Shown in pieces: positions 1 to 9,736 of a stretch of 64,000 nucleotides of DNA (the stretch's first letter is position 1; every line of letters starts with the position of its first letter). This DNA is from Lachnospiraceae bacterium (lineage in GTDB: Bacteria; Bacillota; Clostridia; Lachnospirales; Lachnospiraceae): assembly GCA_050874905.1 (NCBI GenBank), contig JBNMLP010000008.1, positions 8,392 through 72,391 of the forward strand. The letters run 5' to 3'. A program made the translations under genes and the position numbers. The notes under the pieces were generated by a model. It was not told the DNA's origin. It did no database searches and worked only from the letters and a program-made list of their open reading frames with translations.

Positions 1-588
1 TGTTTTAGAATCCAGATTTCCCGTCGGCTCATCAGCAAACACAATTTTGGGATTCAACACCAGTGCACGAGCCATGCCCACACGTTGCTGCTGACCGCCA
101 GACATCTGATTCGGTTTGTGACGACTATATGATCGCAGCCCTACCAGATCAATCATTTTTTTAGCTTTTTTTAACCGCACGTCTTTTGGAACACCGCGGA
201 AAACCAGTGGCAGTGCCACATTTTCTACAGCGTTCATGGTATTGATCAGATTAAACGACTGGAAAATAAATCCTATTTTTTCTCTCCGAAAACGAACCAG
301 TTCATTTTCTTTGTAATGCTCGATCTCTTCTCCTGCCACCACGATCTGCCCTTTCGTTGGCTTCTCCAGTCCTGCCAACATGTTTAAAAGCGTAGATTTT
401 CCGGAACCGGAAGCACCTACGATCGCGCAAAATTCTCCTTCGTATACCTCAAAACTGACACCGTCTAATGCCCGCACTTTGTTGCTGCCGACACGATAGA
501 TCTTATAGAGATCTTTCACACGGATCACACTTTTTTTCTTGCAAGAGTCTTCTGCTTTTTCCTTTTTTTTAGAAACTGTCTGCTCCAA
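1..588 (-). CDS. ABC transporter ATP-binding subunit, LolD/MacB family (runs off the window start, partial)
   Basis: Not in the ORF track; translated by hand from TTG at 588 behind SD GAGGAAAGG: ...VIRVKDLYKIYRVGSNKVRALDGVSFEVYEGEFCAIVGASGSGKSTLLNMLAGLEKP (Walker A). Confidence 0.9.
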   Translation of the reverse strand, partial: MEQTVSKKKEKAEDSCKKKSVIRVKDLYKIYRVGSNKVRALDGVSFEVYEGEFCAIVGASGSGKSTLLNMLAGLEKPTKGQIVVAGEEIEHYKENELVRFRREKIGFIFQSFNLINTMNAVENVALPLVFRGVPKDVRLKKAKKMIDLVGLRSYSRHKPNQMSGGQQQRVGMARALVLNPKIVFADEPTGNLDSKT

Positions 589-624
589 ACGCCTTTCCTC
601 CTCTCTGTCTAATAAAACTATACA

Positions 625-648
625 GGACAAATCTTAAAAGATTTGTCC
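625..648. terminator. Stem-loop downstream of nfo
   Basis: Perfect inverted repeat GGACAAATCT-taaa-AGATTTGTCC between nfo stop and ABC gene start; no clear U tract. Confidence 0.45.
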
Positions 649-679
649 CGAATTCTTAAGATTTATGGAAGATTGCCGC

Positions 680-1549
680 CTACTCTTCTTTCAGCCACGC
701 AATCTCCTCCTTGTAAGGAGGAATTGTCTTTTTCGTGGAACCTTCCTCACACTTCCATGGAGTTTCTAAAATTTTAGGAATGTGTTCAAATCTCGGATCA
801 TGCACAACACGATGCAGGGGGACATATCCAATCGTTCCTTCTCCAATATTGGCATGACGGTCTTTTCCTGCTCCCAACGGATTTAAACTGTCATTGATAT
901 GAAAAACAGCAATCTGATCCAAGCCGAGTATTTCATCAAATTCTGCAAACACCTCATCATAATGATGTACCAGATCATATCCGGCGTCATTGACATGGCA
1001 GGTATCAAAGCACACGCGCAGGCGTTCTCTTTTCTCCACACCATCATAGATCTGCTTCAACTGGGAAAAAGTTCGACCCAGTTCACTTCCTTTTCCTGCC
1101 ATTGTCTCCAGTGCGATCAGAACATCATCATCATTTTGGGACAGCACTTCATTTAAGCCTTTGATGATCTGAGCGATTCCTGCCTCTTCTCCGGCATTGA
1201 CATGAGAACCCGGATGCAGCACCAGGATCTTACTTTTCATCGCCGCCGTACGGGTAAGCTCTGTTTCCAGAAAAGAAACCGCAAGCTCATACGTTTCTTT
1301 TTTTATTGTATTGGCAAGGTTGATAATATAAGGGGCATGTACCACGATCTCCTCGATCCCGTGCGCTTTTGCATACTCCCAACCCGCTTCAATATTAAGC
1401 TCCTCCACCGCTTTTCTGCGGGTGTTTTGCGGAGCTCCTGTGTAAAGCATAAAAACGTTTGCTCCGTAAGAAGCCGCCTCTTTCGCCGAGGCTAAAAACA
1501 TATCCTTACCTGCCATGCCCACATGACATCCTATTTTGAGTTCTGCCAT
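680..1549 (-). CDS. nfo: Endonuclease IV (deoxyribonuclease IV)
   Basis: [41 protein letters not shown] zinc-ligand motifs. Confidence 0.95.
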   Translation of the reverse strand: MAELKIGCHVGMAGKDMFLASAKEAASYGANVFMLYTGAPQNTRRKAVEELNIEAGWEYAKAHGIEEIVVHAPYIINLANTIKKETYELAVSFLETELTRTAAMKSKILVLHPGSHVNAGEEAGIAQIIKGLNEVLSQNDDDVLIALETMAGKGSELGRTFSQLKQIYDGVEKRERLRVCFDTCHVNDAGYDLVHHYDEVFAEFDEILGLDQIAVFHINDSLNPLGAGKDRHANIGEGTIGYVPLHRVVHDPRFEHIPKILETPWKCEEGSTKKTIPPYKEEIAWLKEE

Positions 1550-1564
1550 CTTATTCCACCCTTT

Positions 1565-1999
1565 CTAATTTTTCCCGGTACTTCCATGTCCTCCACGATT
1601 CTCATGTTCCAGTTCCGTTACCGGTTTAAAGACAAGCTCCGGCTGATGCTCCATAATACGGAACTGACAGATGCGGTCATTCACATGAATCTTCGTATCT
1701 CTGAGCGCATATGCCGGGAAAAACCACTGATCGTTGTCCCCACAATAACTCTCATCAATGACTCCCATACTGTTTGTCTGAATGACGCCAAAATTCTTAT
1801 AAGTGCTGCTTCGCGGTACGACGTGTGCTTCATATCCCTCAGGCAGTTCCATTGCTACACCAAGCGGGATCAGCTTAAATTCTCCCTTTTTTAACGTTAC
1901 GTCGGCAGCCGCCCGAAGATCGATCCAGTCGGACTTTCCTTCAATATAAGTCAATGGTTCGATCTGGTCAGTAAAATACTTAATCTTAATCTCTTTCAT
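1565..1999 (-). CDS. dut: dUTP diphosphatase (trimeric dUTPase)
   Basis: [31 protein letters not shown] motifs. Confidence 0.95.
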   Translation of the reverse strand: MKEIKIKYFTDQIEPLTYIEGKSDWIDLRAAADVTLKKGEFKLIPLGVAMELPEGYEAHVVPRSSTYKNFGVIQTNSMGVIDESYCGDNDQWFFPAYALRDTKIHVNDRICQFRIMEHQPELVFKPVTELEHENRGGHGSTGKN

Positions 2000-2495
2000 A
2001 GTCTTCTCCTTCTTTTATGATCACATTTCCTGTTTCTTTGCTCTTTTTTACATCGATCACCCGCTGATTCGCACTGCCCTTCCAGTGCAGCTTCGGATCA
2101 AATAACGCTTTTACAAATGGACCATCTACTAACACATCTACATAATCCATCACCAGAAGATCGCATACTTCTTCCCACAAATATCCGGTATAAAGCCAGA
2201 TGGTTTTGTCCGGAAACTGCTCCTTACACTCTTTCGCAAGCTCTGTCACCTCACCGATATGATCCGGATAAAGCGGGTCTCCCCCACTAAAAGTCAGGCC
2301 ACTGATGTATGGCTTTGCCAATGCCTCCGTGATCTCGGCTCTTGCTTCCTGATCAAAGGCAAGTCCCCCTTTCGCATCCCACGTAACAGGATTATGACAG
2401 CCCTCACAGCGGTGGGAGCAGCCTGCCGTCCACAGAACGACCCGCAATCCATCCCCATTTAACATATCATCTACGGTTATATTATGATAGTTCAA
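1986..2495 (-). CDS. nrdG: Anaerobic ribonucleotide reductase activating enzyme (radical SAM)
   Basis: [12 protein letters not shown] CxxxCxxC motif, [16 protein letters not shown]; directly downstream of nrdD. Confidence 0.95.
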   Translation of the reverse strand: MNYHNITVDDMLNGDGLRVVLWTAGCSHRCEGCHNPVTWDAKGGLAFDQEARAEITEALAKPYISGLTFSGGDPLYPDHIGEVTELAKECKEQFPDKTIWLYTGYLWEEVCDLLVMDYVDVLVDGPFVKALFDPKLHWKGSANQRVIDVKKSKETGNVIIKEGEDYERD

Positions 2496-2513
2496 AATGC
2501 TCCTCCTTCTTTA

Positions 2514-4643
2514 TTACATGGATCTTCTTTCCTTAATCTCTGCCATCTTCGCACGGTTGAGTCTTGTATCTCCTTTTACACGGGAATAGGACAAATAGCC
2601 GTTCATCCGCTCAATCTTGGTAAGGTTGCGGCTGCCACACTTTGGACAGACATCCATTTCCAACTGCTGGTATCCGCAATCATCACAGTAAGCCAACGAA
2701 AGATTAACGCCCTCATAAAAGCCCATTTTCATGGCACGCTTTACTAGAGATCGGATCGCATCCAGATTATAATCGATCGGATATTTCACATACTGGATCT
2801 TTCCACCATTCGAATATTCCCAGAAACGATATTCCAGATCCTGCTTTTCAATCGGCGTAATATCCTCCGTTACATGACAGTGGAAGCCGTTGCTGACATA
2901 TTCCCGGTCGGAAACCTGCTTGATGATACCGTACTTTTTCCGAAACTGCTCGACCTGAAGGCCACACAGATTTTCCGCCGGAGTAGCGTAAATAGCATAC
3001 AGACGGTGATCCTCTTTCTTAAACTGCTCGACAACTTCATTGATATGAATGAGTGTAGCAAGCGCGAAGGAACCATCCTCCACCAGGGATTTCTGGTGAT
3101 GCAGCTGTTCCAGCTCATTGAGTGCGGTAAATCCAAACGACGCCGTCGCACTGTCAAGCAGCGGTCTGATCTTATCATGAATTCCCAAATGGCCGCCTAA
3201 AAAACCACCCTCACAGTATGCCAGAGGGTTAGCGGAGGCTTTCATTTCCCCTAAATAATTGTAAGTGCGAAGATGGATCTGACGGATCATATTCAGATAA
3301 TGATCCAGCACTTCGTAAAACGGCTTTCCCTCTTCCTTCGCTTTCTGGTAGATCATCGGCAGATGCAGACTCACCACACCGATATTAAATCGTCCGACAT
3401 AAACCGGCATATCTGCCTCATCCTCCGGCATAATACCGCCTCGCTCATACCACGGAGATAAAAAAGCACGACACCCCATCGGACTGATGATCTTATGATA
3501 TTTTTTATAAATGCCCGCAATATAACCTTCTCCGGTCAAACTGAGCCAGTCCGGATACATCGTCTTTGCCGAACACCGGATTCCTTCCTCAAATACATCC
3601 TCCAACGGACCGCCTGTCCCATGAAGAGCTTCATCGTATAAAAAGACAAGCTTCGGGAAAAGAACCGGTTTCTTGTTTTCCTTTTTGCCCTGACCGCCCC
3701 GTCTGACCCGGAGAGCTGTAATGGATGCCATTTTGGCAAAAGCACCCGTTCCGGTTCCAAACGTGATCGTAATGAACGGATAATCACCACGACTTGATGA
3801 AACGGAATTAAACTTGTATTCCCAGCCCTGAAAGCCCTGGCTCATCTCGGTCTCCACTGCACGCATTGCTTCTTCCCGTGCAAGATCCTCCTTTACTCCG
3901 AGCCGGGCATAACGCGCAAGATAGATCTGAAAAGACTTCTCAGCATACGGCTCTAACAAAAGATCCACACTTGGTACAGTAAAACCGCCATACTGCTGAC
4001 TTGCCGCGCTAAGTACAATGTCACCGATAACATCAAATGCAGTATCCAGCGTTTTCGGTTCATTGTACCAGATATTTCCCATTTCAAAGCCGCCCTCTAA
4101 CACTGATTTCACATCGAACAGACAACAGTTCATCGTGTCCCTTCGCGCTGACATATCATGGATATAAATATAGCCCTCATTGTTGGCATCAATTTCCTCC
4201 TGTGTCAGGAAAAACTTTTTATAAAGCTCTTTGTTCAGATGATTCAGCAAAAGACTGCGTTTCGTAGATACCAGTGCGCTGTCGGTGTTGGAGTTTTCCT
4301 TATCTCCAATATAAAGGATCGACTGGCTCTTGCGGTACACCTCATCCAGCATGGTCACAAAATCCTGCTTGTAATTACGATAATCACGATAGCTCTTTGC
4401 CACCTTCGGATTCACACGATCCAACGCCCCCTCTACCACGTTATGCATCTGTGCGATCGTGACTTCCGGTGACTGCAGCTGTTCCACCGCATCTTCCACA
4501 TACTGGCAGATAAATGCAAGATCTTCCTTTGTAAACGTCACCATCACACGGTACGCCGACTGCTTTACTGCCGTCACAACCTTCTCAACATTAAAATCCA
4601 CTTTGGTGTTATCTTTTTTCACAACCATTACACGATGCTTCAT
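2514..4643 (-). CDS. nrdD: Anaerobic (class III) ribonucleoside-triphosphate reductase
   Basis: N-terminal ATP cone, YIHD, NCCL, C-terminal CxxC...CxxC and RMNGYL glycyl-radical loop. Confidence 0.97.
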   Translation of the reverse strand: MKHRVMVVKKDNTKVDFNVEKVVTAVKQSAYRVMVTFTKEDLAFICQYVEDAVEQLQSPEVTIAQMHNVVEGALDRVNPKVAKSYRDYRNYKQDFVTMLDEVYRKSQSILYIGDKENSNTDSALVSTKRSLLLNHLNKELYKKFFLTQEEIDANNEGYIYIHDMSARRDTMNCCLFDVKSVLEGGFEMGNIWYNEPKTLDTAFDVIGDIVLSAASQQYGGFTVPSVDLLLEPYAEKSFQIYLARYARLGVKEDLAREEAMRAVETEMSQGFQGWEYKFNSVSSSRGDYPFITITFGTGTGAFAKMASITALRVRRGGQGKKENKKPVLFPKLVFLYDEALHGTGGPLEDVFEEGIRCSAKTMYPDWLSLTGEGYIAGIYKKYHKIISPMGCRAFLSPWYERGGIMPEDEADMPVYVGRFNIGVVSLHLPMIYQKAKEEGKPFYEVLDHYLNMIRQIHLRTYNYLGEMKASANPLAYCEGGFLGGHLGIHDKIRPLLDSATASFGFTALNELEQLHHQKSLVEDGSFALATLIHINEVVEQFKKEDHRLYAIYATPAENLCGLQVEQFRKKYGIIKQVSDREYVSNGFHCHVTEDITPIEKQDLEYRFWEYSNGGKIQYVKYPIDYNLDAIRSLVKRAMKMGFYEGVNLSLAYCDDCGYQQLEMDVCPKCGSRNLTKIERMNGYLSYSRVKGDTRLNRAKMAEIKERRSM

Positions 4644-4663
4644 GCCATTCCTCCTTTGCTGCT

Positions 4664-4710
4664 ACACAATAAAATGTATGTTTAGTATCTTAGTATACCA
4701 TATCATGGGC
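4664..4710. promoter_or_regulatory. Tandem NrdR boxes upstream of nrdD
   Basis: ACACAATAAAATGTAT (4664) and ATACCATATCATGGGC (4695) resemble acaCwAtATaTwGtg and start 31 bp apart, the characteristic NrdR spacing. Confidence 0.6.
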
Positions 4711-4858
4711 AGTTACACCACTATATCTTCCTTTTTCTGCACGCTTTCCGGCACCATTTTCTTTTCCTGCCCCAAAATTGCAAGACTTTTTTAATATTTT
4801 TTACAGCTTTTCTGTGATAAAATGGAATCTAAAGCATTAACTTATTGAGGAGAAGAAA

Positions 4859-5446
4859 ATGGAATCAACCAAAGCTTATATCAAAGAGGATCGTTCCATC
4901 TATATAGACGAAAGCATTTTTTCTGATATTGCGGCCGGAGACCGTGACGCCTTTGCTGCGCTCTATGAAACCTGTTCTCGTGCCGTGTACGCCTTTTTGC
5001 TTACCTATGTAAAAAATACAGAAGATGCCAGCGATCTCATGCAGGATACCTTTTTGAAGATCCGCTCGGCAGCCGGACTTTATAAGCCCTATGGCAAACC
5101 AATGGCATGGATCTATACGATCGCCCGTAATTTTGCACTGATGAAACTTCGCAAAGATACGGCGCATCCTCAGGATGAATTAACAGAAACCAGCGCAGTT
5201 ACCACCAGCGTCGAGAAACAGATCGAGCAGAAGCTTTTGATCCGGGATGCTTTAGCAATCCTTTCCGAAGAGGATGTAAAGATCGTAGTGCTGCATGCAG
5301 TCAATGGCATGAAGCACCGGGAGATCGCAGAGCTTATGGGACTTTCCTTAACTGCCACCCTGAACCGCTACCACCGCGCTTTAAAGAAATTGAAAAAACA
5401 GATAGGAGGTGAGTCTTATGAATCGTGTGGAACGCCAACTGAATGA
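4859..5446 (+). CDS. ECF-type RNA polymerase sigma-70 factor
   Basis: Region 2 (DASDLMQDTFLKI, WIYTIARN) and region 4 (LHAVNGMKHREIAELMGLSLTATLNRYHRALKKL); overlaps the anti-sigma gene. Confidence 0.9.
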   Translation: MESTKAYIKEDRSIYIDESIFSDIAAGDRDAFAALYETCSRAVYAFLLTYVKNTEDASDLMQDTFLKIRSAAGLYKPYGKPMAWIYTIARNFALMKLRKDTAHPQDELTETSAVTTSVEKQIEQKLLIRDALAILSEEDVKIVVLHAVNGMKHREIAELMGLSLTATLNRYHRALKKLKKQIGGESYESCGTPTE

Positions 5447-6545
5447 ATCTTTTGACCAGATCTGTCCGGATTTTGACCACATATTGGAAACGATAGAACA
5501 AACTCCGGTTACCCCCATGCAGATACCCGATTCCATTGTCAGGCAGAATGTCCCTGTCACCCACCATCCACTTTCTTTCCTGAAAGAAAAAACATCCGGC
5601 ATGTTCTCCTCCCTGCGAGGCAGATCCGCACTCGCATATGCCTTGAGTTTTCTTTTGATCGTAAGCCTTACGAGCGGAATTTTTATCAACCGTTCTTATG
5701 TGAAAGCAGAAAGTCTGATCGCCATTGACGTAAACCCAAGTCTGGAGCTTGTCACAAACAAGAAAAACAAGGTAACAAAAGTGATTGGAAAAAATGAAGA
5801 TGCCGCCGCGATCATCGATGACATGAATCTGAAAAATGTAGATTTAAACATTGCAGTGAATGCACTGATCGGTTCGATGTTAAAGCATGGCTACCTGCAG
5901 GACGACGAAAACATTGTCTTAGTTTCCGTATCCAGCCGTGATCAGAAAAAAGCAAAGCAGATCCAGAACGACATTGAAGAAGATTTCACAAGCTCGCTTG
6001 CCGTCATTGACAAGGAAGCAACCGTGATCAAGCAGGACATCGTAAAAGATTCCTCGTTAAGCAAACAATCCAGCGAATATGGTATCTCGGAAGGAAAGAT
6101 GCAGTTTATCAATGAATTGCTCGCCTTAGATCCAAGTCTCAACAGCAATGTATTAGCTGCTATGAGCATCAACGAGTTGGCAAGCTTAGCCAAACAATAT
6201 CACATGATCCCGGAAACAGATACTTCTCCGTCCCCATCCATTACCGGAACAACCACGGAAGAAAAGAGGGAAGACAAGAAAAAGCCTGCCTCAGCAGATT
6301 CCGATCCGGAGGATTCCAAAAAGGAGGAAAATGCAGACAATGTAACTTCTGACGAAGAAACGGATGATACAGAGGACAGTGATGACGAGGATTTCCCAGA
6401 CGAAGAAGACGACGATTCTTCCTCTGGCAAGATAGACCAGAAATCAGATACCACAGAAGCCCCTTCTTCCCCGAATACGATCAACGAAGACGAGGAACCC
6501 GACACAAACAATGACCAGACGAATCGTCCCATTACTCTGGATTAA
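5418..6545 (+). CDS. RsgI-like transmembrane anti-sigma factor with acidic disordered C-terminal tail
   Basis: ATG at 5418 behind GGAGGTGAG; one TM helix followed by IAIDVNPSLEL RsgI extracytoplasmic-domain motif; Asp/Glu-rich tail. Confidence 0.75.
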   Translation: MNRVERQLNESFDQICPDFDHILETIEQTPVTPMQIPDSIVRQNVPVTHHPLSFLKEKTSGMFSSLRGRSALAYALSFLLIVSLTSGIFINRSYVKAESLIAIDVNPSLELVTNKKNKVTKVIGKNEDAAAIIDDMNLKNVDLNIAVNALIGSMLKHGYLQDDENIVLVSVSSRDQKKAKQIQNDIEEDFTSSLAVIDKEATVIKQDIVKDSSLSKQSSEYGISEGKMQFINELLALDPSLNSNVLAAMSINELASLAKQYHMIPETDTSPSPSITGTTTEEKREDKKKPASADSDPEDSKKEENADNVTSDEETDDTEDSDDEDFPDEEDDDSSSGKIDQKSDTTEAPSSPNTINEDEEPDTNNDQTNRPITLD

Positions 6546-6559
6546 ATATTCATAACCAA

Positions 6560-6594
6560 AAAGGATGCACCAGTCAGTGAGGTGCATCCTTTTC
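6560..6594. terminator. Bidirectional rho-independent terminator
   Basis: AAAAGGATGCACC...GGTGCATCCTTTT between convergent anti-sigma and kinase genes. Confidence 0.85.
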
Positions 6595-6597
6595 CTT

Positions 6598-8277
6598 TTA
6601 GAAGAAAAATCCCTTTTTCTTTTTTTCTTTTTTCTCTGCAATATCAGACAAATGTGTTTTCTGCGCCATGCGAAGCCGCATCTGCGTACCTACATCCTTC
6701 GTCAGATTATCTGATCCATTAGAAACAAAGACGTTGTCCTGTGCTGTCTTTAAAGAAAGTTTCACATGCTCCGGCTCTTTCTTGCTCTCCCGTTCTTCAC
6801 GCAACTCCTCTGAAACAGAGATTGGCTTTTTGGGGATCTGCATTGTGGTATGTTGGTGTTCCGCCGGTATATATTCCTTCGCATGCTTATCTCGCAGTGC
6901 AATAAAAAGCTTCAGCTTTTCTTCATTGGCGATCCGCCCGTTTTCCATTAAATGCTGCATTTCCATCTCATTATAAAAAGAACGGATTCCTTTGTAGTTC
7001 AGACAGTAATAGCCCTTTGCCAGAGAATGGCTGACATAGTAATAATTGTCATTGGCATTTAAATGCTCCAAAAGATCAAGTACCGGATAATTTTTTAAAC
7101 TGCCGCCGACCGGCTGAATATAGTTCTGATATACGATCAGATTATTCACCGCATATTTGGCAGACTTGATATCCTGAAGAAGCTGCTCCGGTTCTATATC
7201 GATCACCTTGTTATTATTCGTATCATACAAACGATAACCCATGATCTTACCATCCCGTTCCTGAAACGTTGCGATCATATGAAGATCCTTCACCCTGTTC
7301 TGCTCTGTGGTAAGTGCAAGCCGCAGATCTCTCACACTCTGAAAACGGTCACTTCCCCGTACACGTAAGCCCTTTTCGATCGCCTCACACTGCGCTTTTG
7401 TAATATCTAAATGGAAATCCTGAAGCGGGATATGCTCATCGTCCACCAGACGATCCATCGCCTCCGGCAGAATATGATCCGTCATCATCTTATACATCGT
7501 TGCACAAAGGGCATACACATCCGTCCACGGTCCCTGTTTTCCCTTGGTACGGTACTGCTCCTCCGGTGCATATCCACGTTTTAAAATGATCGTCAGGCTT
7601 TTGCCGCTCTCATCATTCGTCAGACGTGCAGCTCCAAAATCGATCAGCTTAAATGCCCCATCCACCCGGATCATAATATTATCCGGACTGATATCACGAT
7701 GGATCACACCTTTTTCATGAATTTTCTCTAACGCTAACAGCACCGGCATCATCAGCTCGATCGTTTCTGTCGGACTTAAGGTACCATTCGTCTGAAGATA
7801 TTCCTTTAATGTGATTCCTTCCACATACTCCATTACAATGTAGGCAGTATTGTTCTCATGGAAAAAGTCACGGATGGAAACAATTCCTTCCAGATCTCCA
7901 AACTGCTGCAACACCTGTGCCTCATGGGTATATTTGTCAAATCCGTTTTTATAAAGATTCTCATCCTTTTTGTTGTAAAAATATACATAGGTCGAACCGC
8001 CATGGGTACAGTCACGACTCGCCACATTGATTGGAAAATACTCTTTGATCGCAACCGGAGTTTCATTCAGTTTATCCCAGCCAATATAAGTAATACCGAA
8101 GCCGCCCTCTCCGATCACCTTGCCTACAACATAACGGTTGTGCAGCAGAGTTTTGAGCGGAAGACTGCGTGGATTTGGTTCATATGCTTCCTCTGCAAAT
8201 CCACAGTATGGACATACTTCAATATCCTTTGGCACCATTGCCATACATGAATAGCATAAACGTTTTTCTCCGTTCAT
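6598..8277 (-). CDS. Hanks-type Ser/Thr protein kinase with N-terminal double CxxC zinc ribbon and unknown C-terminal domain
   Basis: CYSC/CPYC, IGEGGFGITY, VAIKEY, HRDISPDN, DFG, YAPEEQ; no TM or PASTA seen; ATG 8277 preferred over TTG 8298. Confidence 0.92.
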   Translation of the reverse strand: MNGEKRLCYSCMAMVPKDIEVCPYCGFAEEAYEPNPRSLPLKTLLHNRYVVGKVIGEGGFGITYIGWDKLNETPVAIKEYFPINVASRDCTHGGSTYVYFYNKKDENLYKNGFDKYTHEAQVLQQFGDLEGIVSIRDFFHENNTAYIVMEYVEGITLKEYLQTNGTLSPTETIELMMPVLLALEKIHEKGVIHRDISPDNIMIRVDGAFKLIDFGAARLTNDESGKSLTIILKRGYAPEEQYRTKGKQGPWTDVYALCATMYKMMTDHILPEAMDRLVDDEHIPLQDFHLDITKAQCEAIEKGLRVRGSDRFQSVRDLRLALTTEQNRVKDLHMIATFQERDGKIMGYRLYDTNNNKVIDIEPEQLLQDIKSAKYAVNNLIVYQNYIQPVGGSLKNYPVLDLLEHLNANDNYYYVSHSLAKGYYCLNYKGIRSFYNEMEMQHLMENGRIANEEKLKLFIALRDKHAKEYIPAEHQHTTMQIPKKPISVSEELREERESKKEPEHVKLSLKTAQDNVFVSNGSDNLTKDVGTQMRLRMAQKTHLSDIAEKKEKKKKGFFF

Positions 8278-8447
8278 CCGAAAATCCCCCGATTCCAATC
8301 ATAAAATGCAAAATTATCTAATTTAATAATAACTGGTATAGAGGGAAAATGCAATCACATTTTCTTTGAAACGCAAGAATAGGTATGCTACAATAAACCC
8401 ACAGAAATAAGTATTTTTTAGTTCTTTCCAAAGAAAAGGAGCATGCT

Positions 8448-9659
8448 ATGTCAAAATACCATAAACTAAGCGAAGAAACACAAGCACGCATTTTATCCGA
8501 CCGCAGGGAGCATATCACAAATCCCAGCCGCACACCAGATGAAGCGATCATAAGGAAGAATCCGGATCGGGACAAAGCAAGCCTTTGGCGACCTGCCTTT
8601 GCCCGTGACATTGATAAGATCATGAATCTTCCCTATTACAATCGTTATGCCGATAAAACACAGGTATTTTCTTTCTATAAAAATGATGACATCTGCCGCC
8701 GTTTCTTACACGTGCAGCTTGTTTCCCGCCATGCCAGAAGCATCGGCCGCCTGCTGGGACTAAACGAAGATCTGATCGAAGCCATCGCACTGGGACACGA
8801 TATTGGACACACGCCGTTCGGACATGCCGGAGAACGCCTGTTAAGCCAGAAATTGCAAGAGCATACCGGAAGGTATTTTCATCACAATGTCCACAGCGTA
8901 CGGGTGCTTGAAACGCTTGCCCCGTGGAACATCAGTTTACAGACTCTGGACGGAGTATTATGTCACAACGGAGAACTGGAATTGCAGGAATACCGCCCGG
9001 TTTCAGAGCGAGATTTTGCCACACTTGATAAGATGGTAGAGCAATCCTATACCGATGATGCTGTCATCAAGCAGTTTGTTCCCATGACACTGGAAGGCTG
9101 TGTGGTTCGTGTCTGCGACATTATCGCCTATCTCGGAAAAGATCGCCAAGATGCCTTGCGCCTCGGTATGCTTTCCGATGAATCTCCGTTTTATAATGAT
9201 ACCATCGGACATACCAATCCAGAGATCATCAACAATATGATCGTGAATATCATTGAAAACAGTTACGGAAAACCATATCTGAAAATGGATGATGCCTATT
9301 TTGAAGCATTTAAAAATGCAAAAAAAGAAAATTACAGCATTATTTATCGTCAGGACAGCATGAATGACGTATTTCAGACACAGGTTACCCCTATGTTTGA
9401 TGCTGTTTATGAAGCCCTGTTAAAACAGGCCAAGAGTGGGCAGATCTCCTCTTTGTTCTACAAGCATCACATCGCCTTTTTACAGCAGTGCAATGCCTAT
9501 GTACCGGATTTTTCGCTGGAAGCCTATTTAGAAACAGAGCCAAACCAGCAGGTCGTAGATTATATTGCAAGTATGACCGACGATTACTTTGTAGATCTTT
9601 ATCACACACTCTTTCCAAAAGGAAATTATCACATTCCTTACCGTGGTTATTTCTCTTAA
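8448..9659 (+). CDS. dgt: HD-domain dNTP triphosphohydrolase (dGTPase-like)
   Basis: FARDIDKI, RYADKTQVF, LGHDIGHTPFGHAGE, CHNG, CDIIAY, DYIASMTD motifs. Confidence 0.85.
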   Translation: MSKYHKLSEETQARILSDRREHITNPSRTPDEAIIRKNPDRDKASLWRPAFARDIDKIMNLPYYNRYADKTQVFSFYKNDDICRRFLHVQLVSRHARSIGRLLGLNEDLIEAIALGHDIGHTPFGHAGERLLSQKLQEHTGRYFHHNVHSVRVLETLAPWNISLQTLDGVLCHNGELELQEYRPVSERDFATLDKMVEQSYTDDAVIKQFVPMTLEGCVVRVCDIIAYLGKDRQDALRLGMLSDESPFYNDTIGHTNPEIINNMIVNIIENSYGKPYLKMDDAYFEAFKNAKKENYSIIYRQDSMNDVFQTQVTPMFDAVYEALLKQAKSGQISSLFYKHHIAFLQQCNAYVPDFSLEAYLETEPNQQVVDYIASMTDDYFVDLYHTLFPKGNYHIPYRGYFS

Positions 9660-9694
9660 ACGAAACCGTCTTTATCCGGCTGGTTCAAAAACGC

Positions 9695-9729
9695 AAAAAA
9701 ACAACTCCCGTTATGGAAGTTGTTTTTTT
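9695..9729. terminator. Bidirectional rho-independent terminator
   Basis: AAAAAAACAACTCCC-gtta-TGGAAGTTGTTTTTTT between convergent genes. Confidence 0.75.
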
Positions 9730-9736
9730 ACGTTTA

